From Spirochaetia bacterium (GTDB lineage: Bacteria > Spirochaetota > Spirochaetia > DSM-2461), in NCBI GenBank assembly GCA_963666985.2, contig CAXXIA010000003.1, positions 135,792 through 199,791 on the forward strand: a stretch of 64,000 nt of DNA, given 5' to 3'. The position numbers and the translations under genes are program-made. The notes below the pieces were generated by a model that did no database searches, was not told where the DNA came from, and worked only from the letters and a program-made list of their open reading frames with translations. Shown here one piece after another: positions 18,800 through 28,458 of this stretch (position 1 is its first letter; every line of letters begins with the position of its first letter).

Positions 18800-21091
18800 T
18801 TACGTCCCGGATGAAGGAACACTGATTTTATCCTCAAGATTATAAACCGTTCCGTAAATCTCAACATCCGTCGACGGTCCGTCAACCAGATGAAGCGTGA
18901 CTCCTTTTCGATCGGCGCGAACATCCATTGCCGATTGTCCGTAGCGGATTCGAAATCCCAGACTTTCCCAATTCCGCGGAAGGATCGGTGAAAAGGAAGG
19001 CATCGTGCCTTGGGGCCGGAAACCGCCGAACCCCCATACGACGGCCAGCCAAGTACCGCCCATGTTCGCGGCATGAATGCCGTCTTTCGTATTTCCGTGA
19101 GTATCGTCCAAATCCAGAGTCGCGGTTTTGGAAAAATACTCATAGGCTTTTTCGGCATCTCCGAGCCGGGCGGCCATGATGGAAAAAGCCGCATAGGAAA
19201 GCGAGGAGTCATGCGTTGTGACCTTCTCGTAATACTCGAAGCTGTTCCTGACTGTGGGATTCTTTCCATCGTCTCCCAGAAGAACATAAGCCAGGACGGT
19301 ATCGGCCTGTTTGCAAACCTGATGCCGGGAGAGGGTCATATGATGATAATGGAGAAGAAGAGGATAATGATCTTCGGGCGTCGCCGCGAAATCCCAAACC
19401 GGCTTGCTGAGAAAAGAGGAATCCTGAGGATTCACATCCCGTTCCCGGTCGTAGAGAATAACCATGGCTTCGGAGGCGGCCTTCCAGGAAGCGGGTTCGT
19501 CATCTTCCAAATTTATACGCCGTTTAAGATTACTTAAGGCATCGCCGTATTGGGATTCCAAAAGAGTGTAGGCCGAAAGAGCCGTTGTGAGATTCTTTTG
19601 CGCCATGCGGTTGGTAAAATAGTTATCATTTATCAGGCATGTGTATTCATCCGGTCCGGTAACCGTGTGGATATGAAACTCATCTCCTGTAAAATTTCCC
19701 ACTTCCATCCAGATTCTTGCCGTTTCAAAGAGAATCTCGGCGCCGTATTCGACAATAAAATCATCATCTTCCGTTGCTTCCCAATAACGCCACACGGCAT
19801 AGGCGATATCCGCGTTTATATGATATTGAGCGCTTCCCGACGGATAATACGCGGAACACTCCCTCCCGGTGATGGTTCTCCAGGGGAAAGCGGCGCCGCG
19901 CGCGTGCCCCATTTCCTTCGCGTGTTCTCTCGCCCCGGGCAGCGTGGCGTAGCGAAACTCCAGAAGACTTCTGGCGATTTGAGGTCTGGTATAAAGGAAC
20001 AAGGGGAGCATATAGGTCTCGGTGTCCCAAAAATAATGCCCCTCGTATCCCTCGCCGCTCAATCCTTTGGCCGGGATGCTTGCGGATGAATCGCGTGATG
20101 AGGACTGAAGAAGACAGAAAAGATTGAAACGCAGGGCTTCAAGCGTATGGTCGTCTCCTTCGATGGTGATACCCGCTTCCTCCCAGAATCTTCTGAGAAA
20201 AATCTCCTGTTCATCAACAAGACTCGCGAAACCTTCTTCAAGAAGTTCCCTCGCTTCAAAAAACTGAAAGGGGCAATCGTCATGCATTCTGGAATCCGCG
20301 TAACGGGCAATCTTTGTAAGGGTCAGCGATTCACCGGCGGACATTTCCAAAGACCATTCGAATACCGTTTCATCATTATCCTCGAAAATCCCGTCGGGAA
20401 GTCTGCCGTATCCCGTATTTCCGATACCGAGGCGATGATTAACGCATGTCCAGAGACGAAGCCCGAAATTTTTCGCTCTGGATTCCAGAATAACGCCGGA
20501 TTGATCCGTTTCTTTGGAAACGACTTCCAACGGGGCGAAAGGCTCTCCCGAGACTCTGGGATCCGCGGCATCGAAGTAATTGCTCACGCGTGCGCGGACT
20601 GTCGATCGAATGGTGAGAACGGCGGAATCAAGAGCCGTAATTTTATATTCGATTGCAAAGACTTCCCTTCGGACAAACGAGACAATTCGGCTTATGTCCG
20701 CACGGATTCTCTTCCCGTTCTCCCCTTTCCATGTGAAGCCGCGACCGGTTACGCCGCGCTTCATGTCGAGAAAACGCCGATAATCGCCGTGGTTTTTTTC
20801 ACCGAGAATCATCGATTCTCCATCGACGCCGACGGAAACGCCCTGAGCATCGGTGACATTCAGAATCTTTTCTCCGACCGTAGAAAAACCGTAGAGTTTT
20901 TCCGGATGGTGAATGGGATGTGTATCGAAGAATCCGTTGACATAGGAGCCGCGGATCTCTTTCACCCCTTTTGAATATCCCTCTTCGAAATTCCCTCGGA
21001 CACCCAGATAACCGTTTGCGGTATGAAAGAGCGTCTCCTCCAAGGGAAGTTTTTCGGGATTGAACGTATGGGTTTCCAGGATATAAGACAT
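18800..21091 (-). CDS. GH65 glycoside phosphorylase (maltose/trehalose/kojibiose type)
   Basis: NGYLGVRG, AKGLSGEGYEGHYFWDTE, TGPDEY, KQAD, HDSSLS, GIHAAN; start MSYILE with GGAG Shine-Dalgarno. Confidence 0.93.
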   Translation of the reverse strand: MSYILETHTFNPEKLPLEETLFHTANGYLGVRGNFEEGYSKGVKEIRGSYVNGFFDTHPIHHPEKLYGFSTVGEKILNVTDAQGVSVGVDGESMILGEKNHGDYRRFLDMKRGVTGRGFTWKGENGKRIRADISRIVSFVRREVFAIEYKITALDSAVLTIRSTVRARVSNYFDAADPRVSGEPFAPLEVVSKETDQSGVILESRAKNFGLRLWTCVNHRLGIGNTGYGRLPDGIFEDNDETVFEWSLEMSAGESLTLTKIARYADSRMHDDCPFQFFEARELLEEGFASLVDEQEIFLRRFWEEAGITIEGDDHTLEALRFNLFCLLQSSSRDSSASIPAKGLSGEGYEGHYFWDTETYMLPLFLYTRPQIARSLLEFRYATLPGAREHAKEMGHARGAAFPWRTITGRECSAYYPSGSAQYHINADIAYAVWRYWEATEDDDFIVEYGAEILFETARIWMEVGNFTGDEFHIHTVTGPDEYTCLINDNYFTNRMAQKNLTTALSAYTLLESQYGDALSNLKRRINLEDDEPASWKAASEAMVILYDRERDVNPQDSSFLSKPVWDFAATPEDHYPLLLHYHHMTLSRHQVCKQADTVLAYVLLGDDGKNPTVRNSFEYYEKVTTHDSSLSYAAFSIMAARLGDAEKAYEYFSKTATLDLDDTHGNTKDGIHAANMGGTWLAVVWGFGGFRPQGTMPSFSPILPRNWESLGFRIRYGQSAMDVRADRKGVTLHLVDGPSTDVEIYGTVYNLEDKISVPSSGT

Positions 21092-21109
21092 GCAATCTCC
21101 AAAATTACA

Positions 21110-21266
21110 TGAAAGAACTTTCAAATAGTATGATCATACGGCGGATACGTCAAGTTTAACCATTTCGGGCGATTCAACAAGTTATTCGTTATTTTTTCCG
21201 AAAGTTTTTTATTGACGATCCCAAAAGCGGTGGTTTACCATAAGAAATTATGAAAGCTCTTTCATA
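21110..21266. promoter_or_regulatory. Divergent sigma70 promoters, each followed by a LacI-type operator TGAAAG-NN-CTTTCA
   Basis: Operators at 21110-21123 and 21249-21266 (TATGAAAGCTCTTTCATA). Minus strand TTGACG-17-TACTAT; plus strand TTGACG-18-TACCAT. Confidence 0.8.
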
Positions 21267-21288
21267 AATATTTTCAGTAGGCGGGGTT

Positions 21289-22302
21289 TTGATTACGAAA
21301 AGTCCGAAGCGTGCAACCATTTACGACGTCGCTTCCGAAGCGGGAGTCAGCATTACCACCGTTTCGCGCTTTCTGAACAATACAAAGGAAGTAAAAGCCG
21401 AGACCGGACTTCGTATCGCGGAGGCCATGGAAGTTCTCGATTACGTTCCCCATGGAAATACCGGAAGCCGGGCCGTCAGATCCGTCGGCCGCATCGGCGT
21501 CTTAACTCCGTTTTTTCCGGCGCCTTCTTTTTCACAAAGACTCGAGGGCATCATCCCCGTATTTCGAAATGAGAATTACGAAACGGTTATTTATACCATC
21601 GAGAGTACGGAACAGCTTAATGAATATTTAACATCCGTACCGTTCACTAGGCGCATAGACGGTTTGGTCCTGATGTCCGTTCGGCTCGGCAAAGAACACC
21701 ATCGCATCCTGGCCGACTCAGGGCTCCAAGTGGTGATGGTGGAAAACGATGATGAACATTACTCGCGTGTTCTGGCCGACGACTATCAGGGCGGCCGAAT
21801 CGCCGCGGAACTCTTTATACGAAAGAACTATTTCCCCTGCGCCTACATGGGAGACAACAATAAAGGCGTGGCCTACAGTCTTCATCCTTCCGAAGTCCGT
21901 TTGAACGGCTTTCGCGAAACCTTGGAAACGCAAGGAATCTGTCTGGATAAATCACTTATACTGAAATCGGATACTTCCGTGGAAAACGCCGAATCGGTTT
22001 TCGGCGCCCATATGGACAAGAACGGAGCTCCAAGGGCGATATTTGCCATGTCGGATATTCAAGCGATAGGGATTCTCAAAGCCGCTCGAGCGAGGAATCT
22101 GCGCGTTCCCGAGGATTTGGCGGTTATGGGATTCGACGACATAGAGGCCGCAGGATGGATGGAGCTTTCTTCCATCACTCAGCATCTTTATGATTCCGGC
22201 CGTATTGCCGCCGGATTGCTTCTGGAGAGAATCGCGGGGCGGGGAACGGCGCTGCAGAAAGTGAATCTCCAGGTGGAATTGGTGGAACGATCCACCACTT
22301 AA
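21289..22302 (+). CDS. LacI-family transcriptional regulator
   Basis: ATIYDVASEAGVSITTVSR HTH, VPEDLAVMGFDD, LVERSTT. Confidence 0.95.
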   Translation: MITKSPKRATIYDVASEAGVSITTVSRFLNNTKEVKAETGLRIAEAMEVLDYVPHGNTGSRAVRSVGRIGVLTPFFPAPSFSQRLEGIIPVFRNENYETVIYTIESTEQLNEYLTSVPFTRRIDGLVLMSVRLGKEHHRILADSGLQVVMVENDDEHYSRVLADDYQGGRIAAELFIRKNYFPCAYMGDNNKGVAYSLHPSEVRLNGFRETLETQGICLDKSLILKSDTSVENAESVFGAHMDKNGAPRAIFAMSDIQAIGILKAARARNLRVPEDLAVMGFDDIEAAGWMELSSITQHLYDSGRIAAGLLLERIAGRGTALQKVNLQVELVERSTT

Positions 22303-22349
22303 TAAAGGAATCCATCGGCTCAAGGGCCGATTAGGAAAGGAGTTTTTCA

Positions 22350-23654
22350 ATGAAGAGAGTACTGTTAACGGTATTAACGATCCTGCTGCTTGCTTCGCTG
22401 GTCTTTGTCGGCTGCAAAAAAGAAGAAACGGCAAAAGCACCCGCGGAGAAAGCGGAGCCCAAGGTCGTTACCATGGCCGGTCCCTTCGTGGACAGCGATG
22501 CCGTGAAATTCGAAGCTTCCATCAAAGCTTACGAAGAAGAAACAGGCATCGACATCCAATACGACGGTTCCAAGGAATTCGAGGCGTCCATCCGCATCCG
22601 CGTTGAGGGCGGCGATGCTCCCGATATCGCCGACTTCCCGCAGCCGGGCCTGCTCGATGCCTTTGTCGGAGGCGGATACGTCGTCGACCTGAACAAGGTT
22701 CTGGACATGGGTAAGGTTAAGTCCAACTACATCCAAAGCTGGCTCGACATGGCCACCATGGAATCCCCCGAGGGACCCATCATGGCCGGTATCTGGGGCC
22801 GTGTTAACGGCAAGTCCCTGGTTTGGTATAACAAGGCCGCATTCGATGCCGCCGGTTATAAAGTTCCGAATACCTGGGACGAACTGATGGCTCTCCAGAA
22901 ACAGATTGTCGCCGACGGCGATACTCCCTGGGCCGTTGGTATCGAATCGGGCGCAGCCACAGGCTGGCCGATGACCGACTGGGTTGAAGAGATGATGCTC
23001 CGCACCACCAGTCTTTCGAATTACGACAAGTGGGTTTCCGGTGAACTGAAGTTCAACTCTCCGGAAGTTCGCGCGGCCATTGAGAGCATCAATGAGCTCT
23101 GGCTGAAAGACGGACTGGCTTACGGCGGACGTGAAGCCATCGCCACCACCAGTTTCGGTGATTCTCCCAAGGTGATGTTCGAAGATCCTCCCAAGGCTTG
23201 GCTGCACAAGCAGGGAAACTTCATCACCAGCTTCTTCCCCGAAAACCTGAAAGCCGGTGTTGATTACGATTTCTTCTACCTGCCTTGTAAGGATCCTTCC
23301 CTCGGACGTCCCGTTCTGGTTGCCGGCGACATCTACGCCATGTTCAACGACAGACCGGAAGTCCGCGAAACCATGCAGTATTTCGCCACAGGCGCTTCGG
23401 TTGAAGGCTGGGTACGGGCCGGCGGAGCCATTTCCCCGCATAAAGACTCGGATCTGAGCTGGTACAGCAACGAAGTCGACCGAAAAGTGGCTGAAGTCAT
23501 TCAGAACGCCACCAGTGTCCGTTTCGACGGTTCGGACCTGATGCCCGGTGCCGTCGGCGCCGGTTCCTTCTGGAAGGAAATGACCGCCTACGTCTCCGGT
23601 GCCAAGAGTCTTGACGCGGCCTTGAAAGCCATCGACGCGTCCTGGCCCAAGTAA
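22350..23654 (+). CDS. ABC sugar-binding lipoprotein, alpha-glucoside (AglE-like)
   Basis: Lipobox FVGC; PQPG, KSLVWYNK, GIESGAATGWP.TDWVE, RFDGSDLMPGAVG...FWK motifs of AglE-type SBPs. Confidence 0.88.
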   Translation: MKRVLLTVLTILLLASLVFVGCKKEETAKAPAEKAEPKVVTMAGPFVDSDAVKFEASIKAYEEETGIDIQYDGSKEFEASIRIRVEGGDAPDIADFPQPGLLDAFVGGGYVVDLNKVLDMGKVKSNYIQSWLDMATMESPEGPIMAGIWGRVNGKSLVWYNKAAFDAAGYKVPNTWDELMALQKQIVADGDTPWAVGIESGAATGWPMTDWVEEMMLRTTSLSNYDKWVSGELKFNSPEVRAAIESINELWLKDGLAYGGREAIATTSFGDSPKVMFEDPPKAWLHKQGNFITSFFPENLKAGVDYDFFYLPCKDPSLGRPVLVAGDIYAMFNDRPEVRETMQYFATGASVEGWVRAGGAISPHKDSDLSWYSNEVDRKVAEVIQNATSVRFDGSDLMPGAVGAGSFWKEMTAYVSGAKSLDAALKAIDASWPK

Positions 23655-23686
23655 TCGGTTTTTCCGACGATTGGATTTTTCGGATT

Positions 23687-23886
23687 ATCAGGCGGACCTC
23701 CGGAGATGCCTGAAAAAATAAGTCCGCGGAATTCAAAAGATGCGTATCTGCGCCCACGGCGGATTTCGGATCCGCCGTGGGTTTACCCTTGGCTTCCGGA
23801 AACATTCCGAAGATTTTATTACGGAATCCGGGAGCAAGGGCCCTTTCCCCGATCCGCCGTCCGCTTTCGGACGACGGATCGGGGAA
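23687..23886 (+). other. Tandem strong hairpins between SBP and first permease
   Basis: CCCACGGCGGAT/ATCCGCCGTGGG (23753-23781), TTCCCCGATCCG/CGGATCGGGGAA (23845-23886), plus two weaker stems. Confidence 0.65.
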
Positions 23887-23904
23887 GCGGAAAAGGAGGA
23901 CCGA

Positions 23905-24993
23905 ATGCTGCAAGATCTTAAACCCGGTATTCGCATACCGGCGCTAATTCTACTGTTGGTGCTGACGCTTGCATTCCTGATTGGAGGCTTCTCTCTCCTT
24001 CAGGGACAAGCCATTCAAAAACAAAAAGTCGTTTTAACTCTTACGGCTATTATCTGGGGATTGGTTTCGGTGGCGCTTTTATTCTTTGTGATGAATGAAA
24101 TCGCTTCATCCATGCCGCGCCGTATCCGTTCCTCCGCGGTAGCGGTTGTTTTTGCCGGACCGGCGGTGGCCCTTCTGGTCTGGGCTCTCGTCCTCCCGAC
24201 GCTCAGATCTCTTCGTTTGAGCTTTATGGATGCCAACGGAAGAAATTTCGTCGGTTTGGCCAACTACAAGTTCGCGTTTACCGATCCGATCATGCTTGAA
24301 AGCTTCCGCAACAACCTTTTATGGGTAATCTTCGGAACCTTCTTCTGCGTGGTGGGAGGCCTTATCATCGCGGTACTGGCCGATAAAAGCAAACGCGAGA
24401 GACTGATTAAGTCACTCATTTTCATGCCCATGGCCATCTCCTTTGTCGGCGCCGGCGTCATCTGGAAATTTATGTACGCCTACAAGGGTGAAGGTGTGAA
24501 CATCGCGGAAATCGGTCTTCTAAACGCTCTGGTTACGGGACTCGGAGGAGAAGCGCAAGCCTGGCTGCTCATCCCGTTTTGGAATAATTTCTTCCTTATC
24601 GCAATCATGGTTTGGCTTCAAACGGGCTATGCCATGGTGATTCTCTCATCGGCCATTAAAGCCATTCCCGAATCCGTCAATGAAGCGGCCCGGGTGGACG
24701 GCGCAAACGCTTTTAGAATCTTCTTCAGCATCACGATACCATCCATCATGCCCACAATCGTTACCGTAACGACAACCATATTGATTTTCAGCCTGAAGCT
24801 TTTCGATATCGTCCGGGTTATGACGGGAGGGAACTTCGGAACCAATGTCATCGCAAACGAGTTCTATCTGAGACAGTTCACCTACGGACACTCCGGTCAA
24901 GCTTCGGCCATCGCAATTATTCTTTTCGTCGTGATTATACCGGTCCTGGCCTACAATCTCCGCCAGTTCCAAGGAAGGAAGGTGCTGAAATGA
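23905..24993 (+). CDS. Carbohydrate ABC permease (AglF/MalF-like)
   Basis: AAGGAGG Shine-Dalgarno before MLQDLK; FVGLANY, EAARVDGA (EAA loop), TGG.FGT. Confidence 0.92.
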   Translation: MLQDLKPGIRIPALILLLVLTLAFLIGGFSLLQGQAIQKQKVVLTLTAIIWGLVSVALLFFVMNEIASSMPRRIRSSAVAVVFAGPAVALLVWALVLPTLRSLRLSFMDANGRNFVGLANYKFAFTDPIMLESFRNNLLWVIFGTFFCVVGGLIIAVLADKSKRERLIKSLIFMPMAISFVGAGVIWKFMYAYKGEGVNIAEIGLLNALVTGLGGEAQAWLLIPFWNNFFLIAIMVWLQTGYAMVILSSAIKAIPESVNEAARVDGANAFRIFFSITIPSIMPTIVTVTTTILIFSLKLFDIVRVMTGGNFGTNVIANEFYLRQFTYGHSGQASAIAIILFVVIIPVLAYNLRQFQGRKVLK

Positions 24994-26099
24994 GTACGGC
25001 TGTAAAAACGGATAGAAAAAGATTTCCCTTGGGAAAGCTTATACTGGGCATCGTCCTTCTCATCATCGTGCTCGTCTGGACCATTCCCACCCTCGGAGTT
25101 TTTGTCACCTCCTTCAGGGACTCCAGCGATATTTTCGCAACCGGCTGGTGGACGGTGCTGCCTCATAAAGCCTGGGCAAAAACGGATGAGATTGAACTCT
25201 CCCCAAGTACAGATCCCAATGCACCTGTAGAAATCGAAGGCATAACCGCCACTTTCGAAGAATGGCGAAAGGGTGTCGATGTAACCGAAAACAGACGTCT
25301 GCAGTGGTACGGAAACAAACGCTCCCGGCGTATCGACGTTTTTGAAAGAAAATGGGTGGGCTTCGGAGCCAACTTAACCCTAAAAAACTATAAGGATGTC
25401 ATGGCGGCGGGAACCATCACCTTTACCGACGCCCAGGGCAATACAATCACCAGACAGGGCAACAATTTCGCCGACGCGGTCCTGAACTCTCTGGCCGTCA
25501 GTGTTCCGGCAACCATCATTCCCATCCTCATCGCCGCTTTTGCCGCATACGCATTCGCCTGGATGGAATTCCCCGGTAGACGTCCTCTCTTCATCATGGT
25601 GGTGGCCCTGCTTGTGGTGCCTCTGCAGATCGCCCTAATCCCCATTCTGAGGGATTTCACAAAGTGGGGTTTGAACGGAACATTCCTAAGCATGTGGCTG
25701 GCTCACTCCGGATTCGGACTTCCTCTGGCGGTCTACCTGCTTTATAACTACATCAGCACTCTGCCCAGGGATGTCTTCGAGTCGGCTTATCTCGACGGAG
25801 CCTCCCCTTTCACCACGTTTGTCCGGCTGGTACTTCCCCTTTCCGTTCCGGCTCTGGCCAGTTTCGCCATTTTTCAGTTCCTCTGGGTATGGAACGACTA
25901 TCTGGTGGCTTTGGTGTTCCTCGGCGATAAAAACCGTGTGGTCACGAGTGCCCTGGCGGCCATGGTGGGAGAAAAGGGTCAGGATTGGCACCTGCTCACC
26001 TCCGGAGCCTTCTTGAGCATGATCCTTCCGCTCATCGTCTTTTTCTCGCTCCAGCGCTTCTTTGTCCGCGGCCTCATGGCCGGCTCGGTTAAGGGCTAG
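24990..26099 (+). CDS. Carbohydrate ABC permease (AglG/MalG-like)
   Basis: ESAYLDGA, FLWVWND, C-terminal GSVKG; carries an extracytoplasmic insertion. Confidence 0.92.
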   Translation: MSTAVKTDRKRFPLGKLILGIVLLIIVLVWTIPTLGVFVTSFRDSSDIFATGWWTVLPHKAWAKTDEIELSPSTDPNAPVEIEGITATFEEWRKGVDVTENRRLQWYGNKRSRRIDVFERKWVGFGANLTLKNYKDVMAAGTITFTDAQGNTITRQGNNFADAVLNSLAVSVPATIIPILIAAFAAYAFAWMEFPGRRPLFIMVVALLVVPLQIALIPILRDFTKWGLNGTFLSMWLAHSGFGLPLAVYLLYNYISTLPRDVFESAYLDGASPFTTFVRLVLPLSVPALASFAIFQFLWVWNDYLVALVFLGDKNRVVTSALAAMVGEKGQDWHLLTSGAFLSMILPLIVFFSLQRFFVRGLMAGSVKG

Positions 26100-26478
26100 G
26101 AGAGTGAGGGCAATGGACGAGCTTGCTCGAACATTGCCGAACCGACGACGCACGCCGCCAAAGGCGAAGGGCTAGGAGCCGAAAGCCGCGACAAAGCAAG
26201 CTTTGGCATGGCTGAGGCGACGACACCCTCCGTCCGAAGGACGGCAGAGCTGGGAACCGAAGGCCGCAGCAAAGCTGCGACACCTGCCGTCCGGAGGATG
26301 GCAGGGCTAGGAGAGTGAGGGCAATGGACGAGCTTGCTCGAACATTGCCGAACCGACGACCGACGAAAGTGAGGGGGAGCAGTCAAGTTGTACTTGGATG
26401 CTCCCGAACTAAGGAAGGGCACAGCAAGCTACGACGCCCTCCGTCCGAAGGATGGCAGGGCTGGGGACCGAAGGCCGC
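26092..26478. repeat. Mosaic array of hairpin modules (REP/BIME/MITE-like or structured RNA)
   Basis: 58-bp exact direct repeat at 26092-26149 and 26303-26360; CGAC..CCGTCC-GAA/GGA-GGAYGG..G(A/G)GCT(A/G)GG modules at about 26221, 26278 and 26432. Confidence 0.85.
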
Positions 26479-26577
26479 GGAGGATTCGTCTTCTATGCGG
26501 CCGAGACGGATATCTCCGAACGGTTCCACAAAAAGGTTGAATCGATGCGCGATCGATCGAACACCTCCGATTTCTCA

Positions 26578-27540
26578 ATGAATCCCCCCTGGCCGGAACC
26601 TCAAAACTTAGCACCTGCGGCCTTAGCTCCCCCAATGGACAGCAGAGAATCCTTCGTTGCGGACGCGGTATCCCGTTTCAATGATGATGAGTTCTTCGCC
26701 GCCGCTCGATGGGAGGCGGCTCGAAGACTTCTTGCGAATGACGACATGCACGGCGGACCGGCCGCCGCTGAAATGAAGAAGGAACAGAACACCTACATTC
26801 CCAACACCCTAAAAAGACCACTCCCCCCTACCCCCGGCATCGAAAAGAACAAACCTTCCGCTCAACCGTTACCTTCTCCCGACTCCATGCGGATTCTCGC
26901 CGCCTGGCTTCTAACGCCCCGTGAAGCTTTCATCCCGCCTTCGGAAAGACAAGCGGCCTACTTGCCGAACGCGCTCCCGATCGGCCGCGGCCAAACCATC
27001 AGTGCGCCCTACATGGTGACCCGAATGACGGCATTCCTAAATCCGGCACCGTCGGATAACGTCCTTGAAATCGGAACGGGCAGCGGATACCAAGCGGCAA
27101 TGCTCGCCGCCCTCTGCGCTCATGTTCGAACCGTTGAGTACGTCGGCCCTTTGGCCGCGGAAGCCGGCCGAACCCTTAATGAATTGGCAAAACGTCGCCC
27201 CTGGCTCCGGACGATTCGCCAAAGAACAGGCAATGGATATTCGGGATGGGAAGAAGGCGCTCCGTATGACAGAATGATCGTTACCTGCGCCATCGATCAT
27301 ATTCCGCCGTCTCTTATCGAACAGCTGTCCCCCGGAGGGATATTGGTTCTTCCGCTCGGACCGCCGAGAGTTCAAGAGCTTATCGCGATTCGAAAACGTC
27401 TTGATTCGGAAGAATGCTCCCCTGGCCCCTCGTGGGTACCATCACGGGAGATTCCCTCACTAAGTCTTCCTTCGGGATACGATGCGGCCGACGTATACGG
27501 CAACGGAACACGCGTGGTCTTCGTTCCGTTTGTGCATTAA
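26578..27540 (+). CDS. pcm: Protein-L-isoaspartate O-methyltransferase with N-terminal extension
   Basis: PREAF, LPIGRGQTISAPYMV, VLEIGTGSGYQAA, GWEEGAPYD, FVPF. Start uncertain (26452, 26545 or 26578). Confidence 0.88.
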   Translation: MNPPWPEPQNLAPAALAPPMDSRESFVADAVSRFNDDEFFAAARWEAARRLLANDDMHGGPAAAEMKKEQNTYIPNTLKRPLPPTPGIEKNKPSAQPLPSPDSMRILAAWLLTPREAFIPPSERQAAYLPNALPIGRGQTISAPYMVTRMTAFLNPAPSDNVLEIGTGSGYQAAMLAALCAHVRTVEYVGPLAAEAGRTLNELAKRRPWLRTIRQRTGNGYSGWEEGAPYDRMIVTCAIDHIPPSLIEQLSPGGILVLPLGPPRVQELIAIRKRLDSEECSPGPSWVPSREIPSLSLPSGYDAADVYGNGTRVVFVPFVH

Positions 27541-28364
27541 TCCACCGTATTCCACTTCTTCGGACACGCGGCCAGCGTCCAGCCGTTTCCCTTTTCATCC
27601 AGCCATCGGGCGATAATAAGAAATCCCCGAACCGAGCCGAAACCGCTGCCGTAGGATGCGGTGGCACCTGTGGATTCGGACCAGCTTTCCGTGGATGTTT
27701 CTCTCGAAGCCGTAACGGTTTTGCTGGAACCATGAATCTGTGAAATCATTTCGGCCAAGGCGGCTTCGTCCGCGGCCCGAAGAGTCTTATGCAGAGTACT
27801 TCGAATCTTCCCGATGCCCACCGCGGTTCTCCAACCGGAAATTTCCGGAACCTTTTTCAGCCATGAGGGCTCGCCATCCCTGTGTTTGGGAGTCCATGTG
27901 AAATCGGGGAGTCCCTGCGGATCCATATAGAAACGGCCCCACGTGGCATCGTCGGCCCGCCAAGTTTCGGAGACTTTGAGTTCCTCAAATGCTCTGTCTG
28001 CCGCCTCACCGTCATAATAAGCCCGAGTCCGTTCGTTCCATTCGGTACCGCCGGTTGTACTTGTGACAAAATCCTGGCTGCTTCCCCAGAAACCGGCAAA
28101 AACACCGGCCTGCATGGCCGCATCTTCCAAAGCCGAAACGATTTCCTCATCCCGATTCACCTTCATCGTTCCCGCCGAGACAAATACCAATTTATCATTC
28201 GTCGGCCGGCTGTCCCAAATCCAGCTTGGTGAATCCGCCGCAGCCGGCGGAATGAAAAGAGAATTGGCTTCGGCTGTTTTCTCAGGTGCGCCCGCGCAGG
28301 AAGAAAGAACAAAAGCCGCCACAATAACGGCCGGCTTCCAAACGGAGGATTCGGGAAAAAACAT
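27537..28364 (-). CDS. Lipoprotein with two LPP20-like repeats
   Basis: Lipobox-like FVLSSC; two PSW[IL]...G...A...A...A modules. Confidence 0.6.
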   Translation of the reverse strand: MFFPESSVWKPAVIVAAFVLSSCAGAPEKTAEANSLFIPPAAADSPSWIWDSRPTNDKLVFVSAGTMKVNRDEEIVSALEDAAMQAGVFAGFWGSSQDFVTSTTGGTEWNERTRAYYDGEAADRAFEELKVSETWRADDATWGRFYMDPQGLPDFTWTPKHRDGEPSWLKKVPEISGWRTAVGIGKIRSTLHKTLRAADEAALAEMISQIHGSSKTVTASRETSTESWSESTGATASYGSGFGSVRGFLIIARWLDEKGNGWTLAACPKKWNTVD

Positions 28365-28458
28365 GATTACAGCTCCTTTGTTCCGGTTCCGTTACAACAC
28401 ATCGAATTGCTCAGACGGTCCGTCGGGAAAAATCGGCAAGAGAAGAAAACCCTTGCCG

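Noticed and set aside
22374..23441. 355-aa minus-strand ORF
   Set aside because: Antisense to the strongly codon-biased AglE-like SBP; no motifs.
26092..26478. Possible CRISPR array
   Set aside because: Repeats are of several types, irregularly spaced, lack unique equal-length spacers, and no cas genes are present.
26089..26635. Short ORFs over the repeat array (26096-26422, 26315-26581 and others)
   Set aside because: They are translations of the DNA repeats on both strands, with no ribosome-binding site or protein features.
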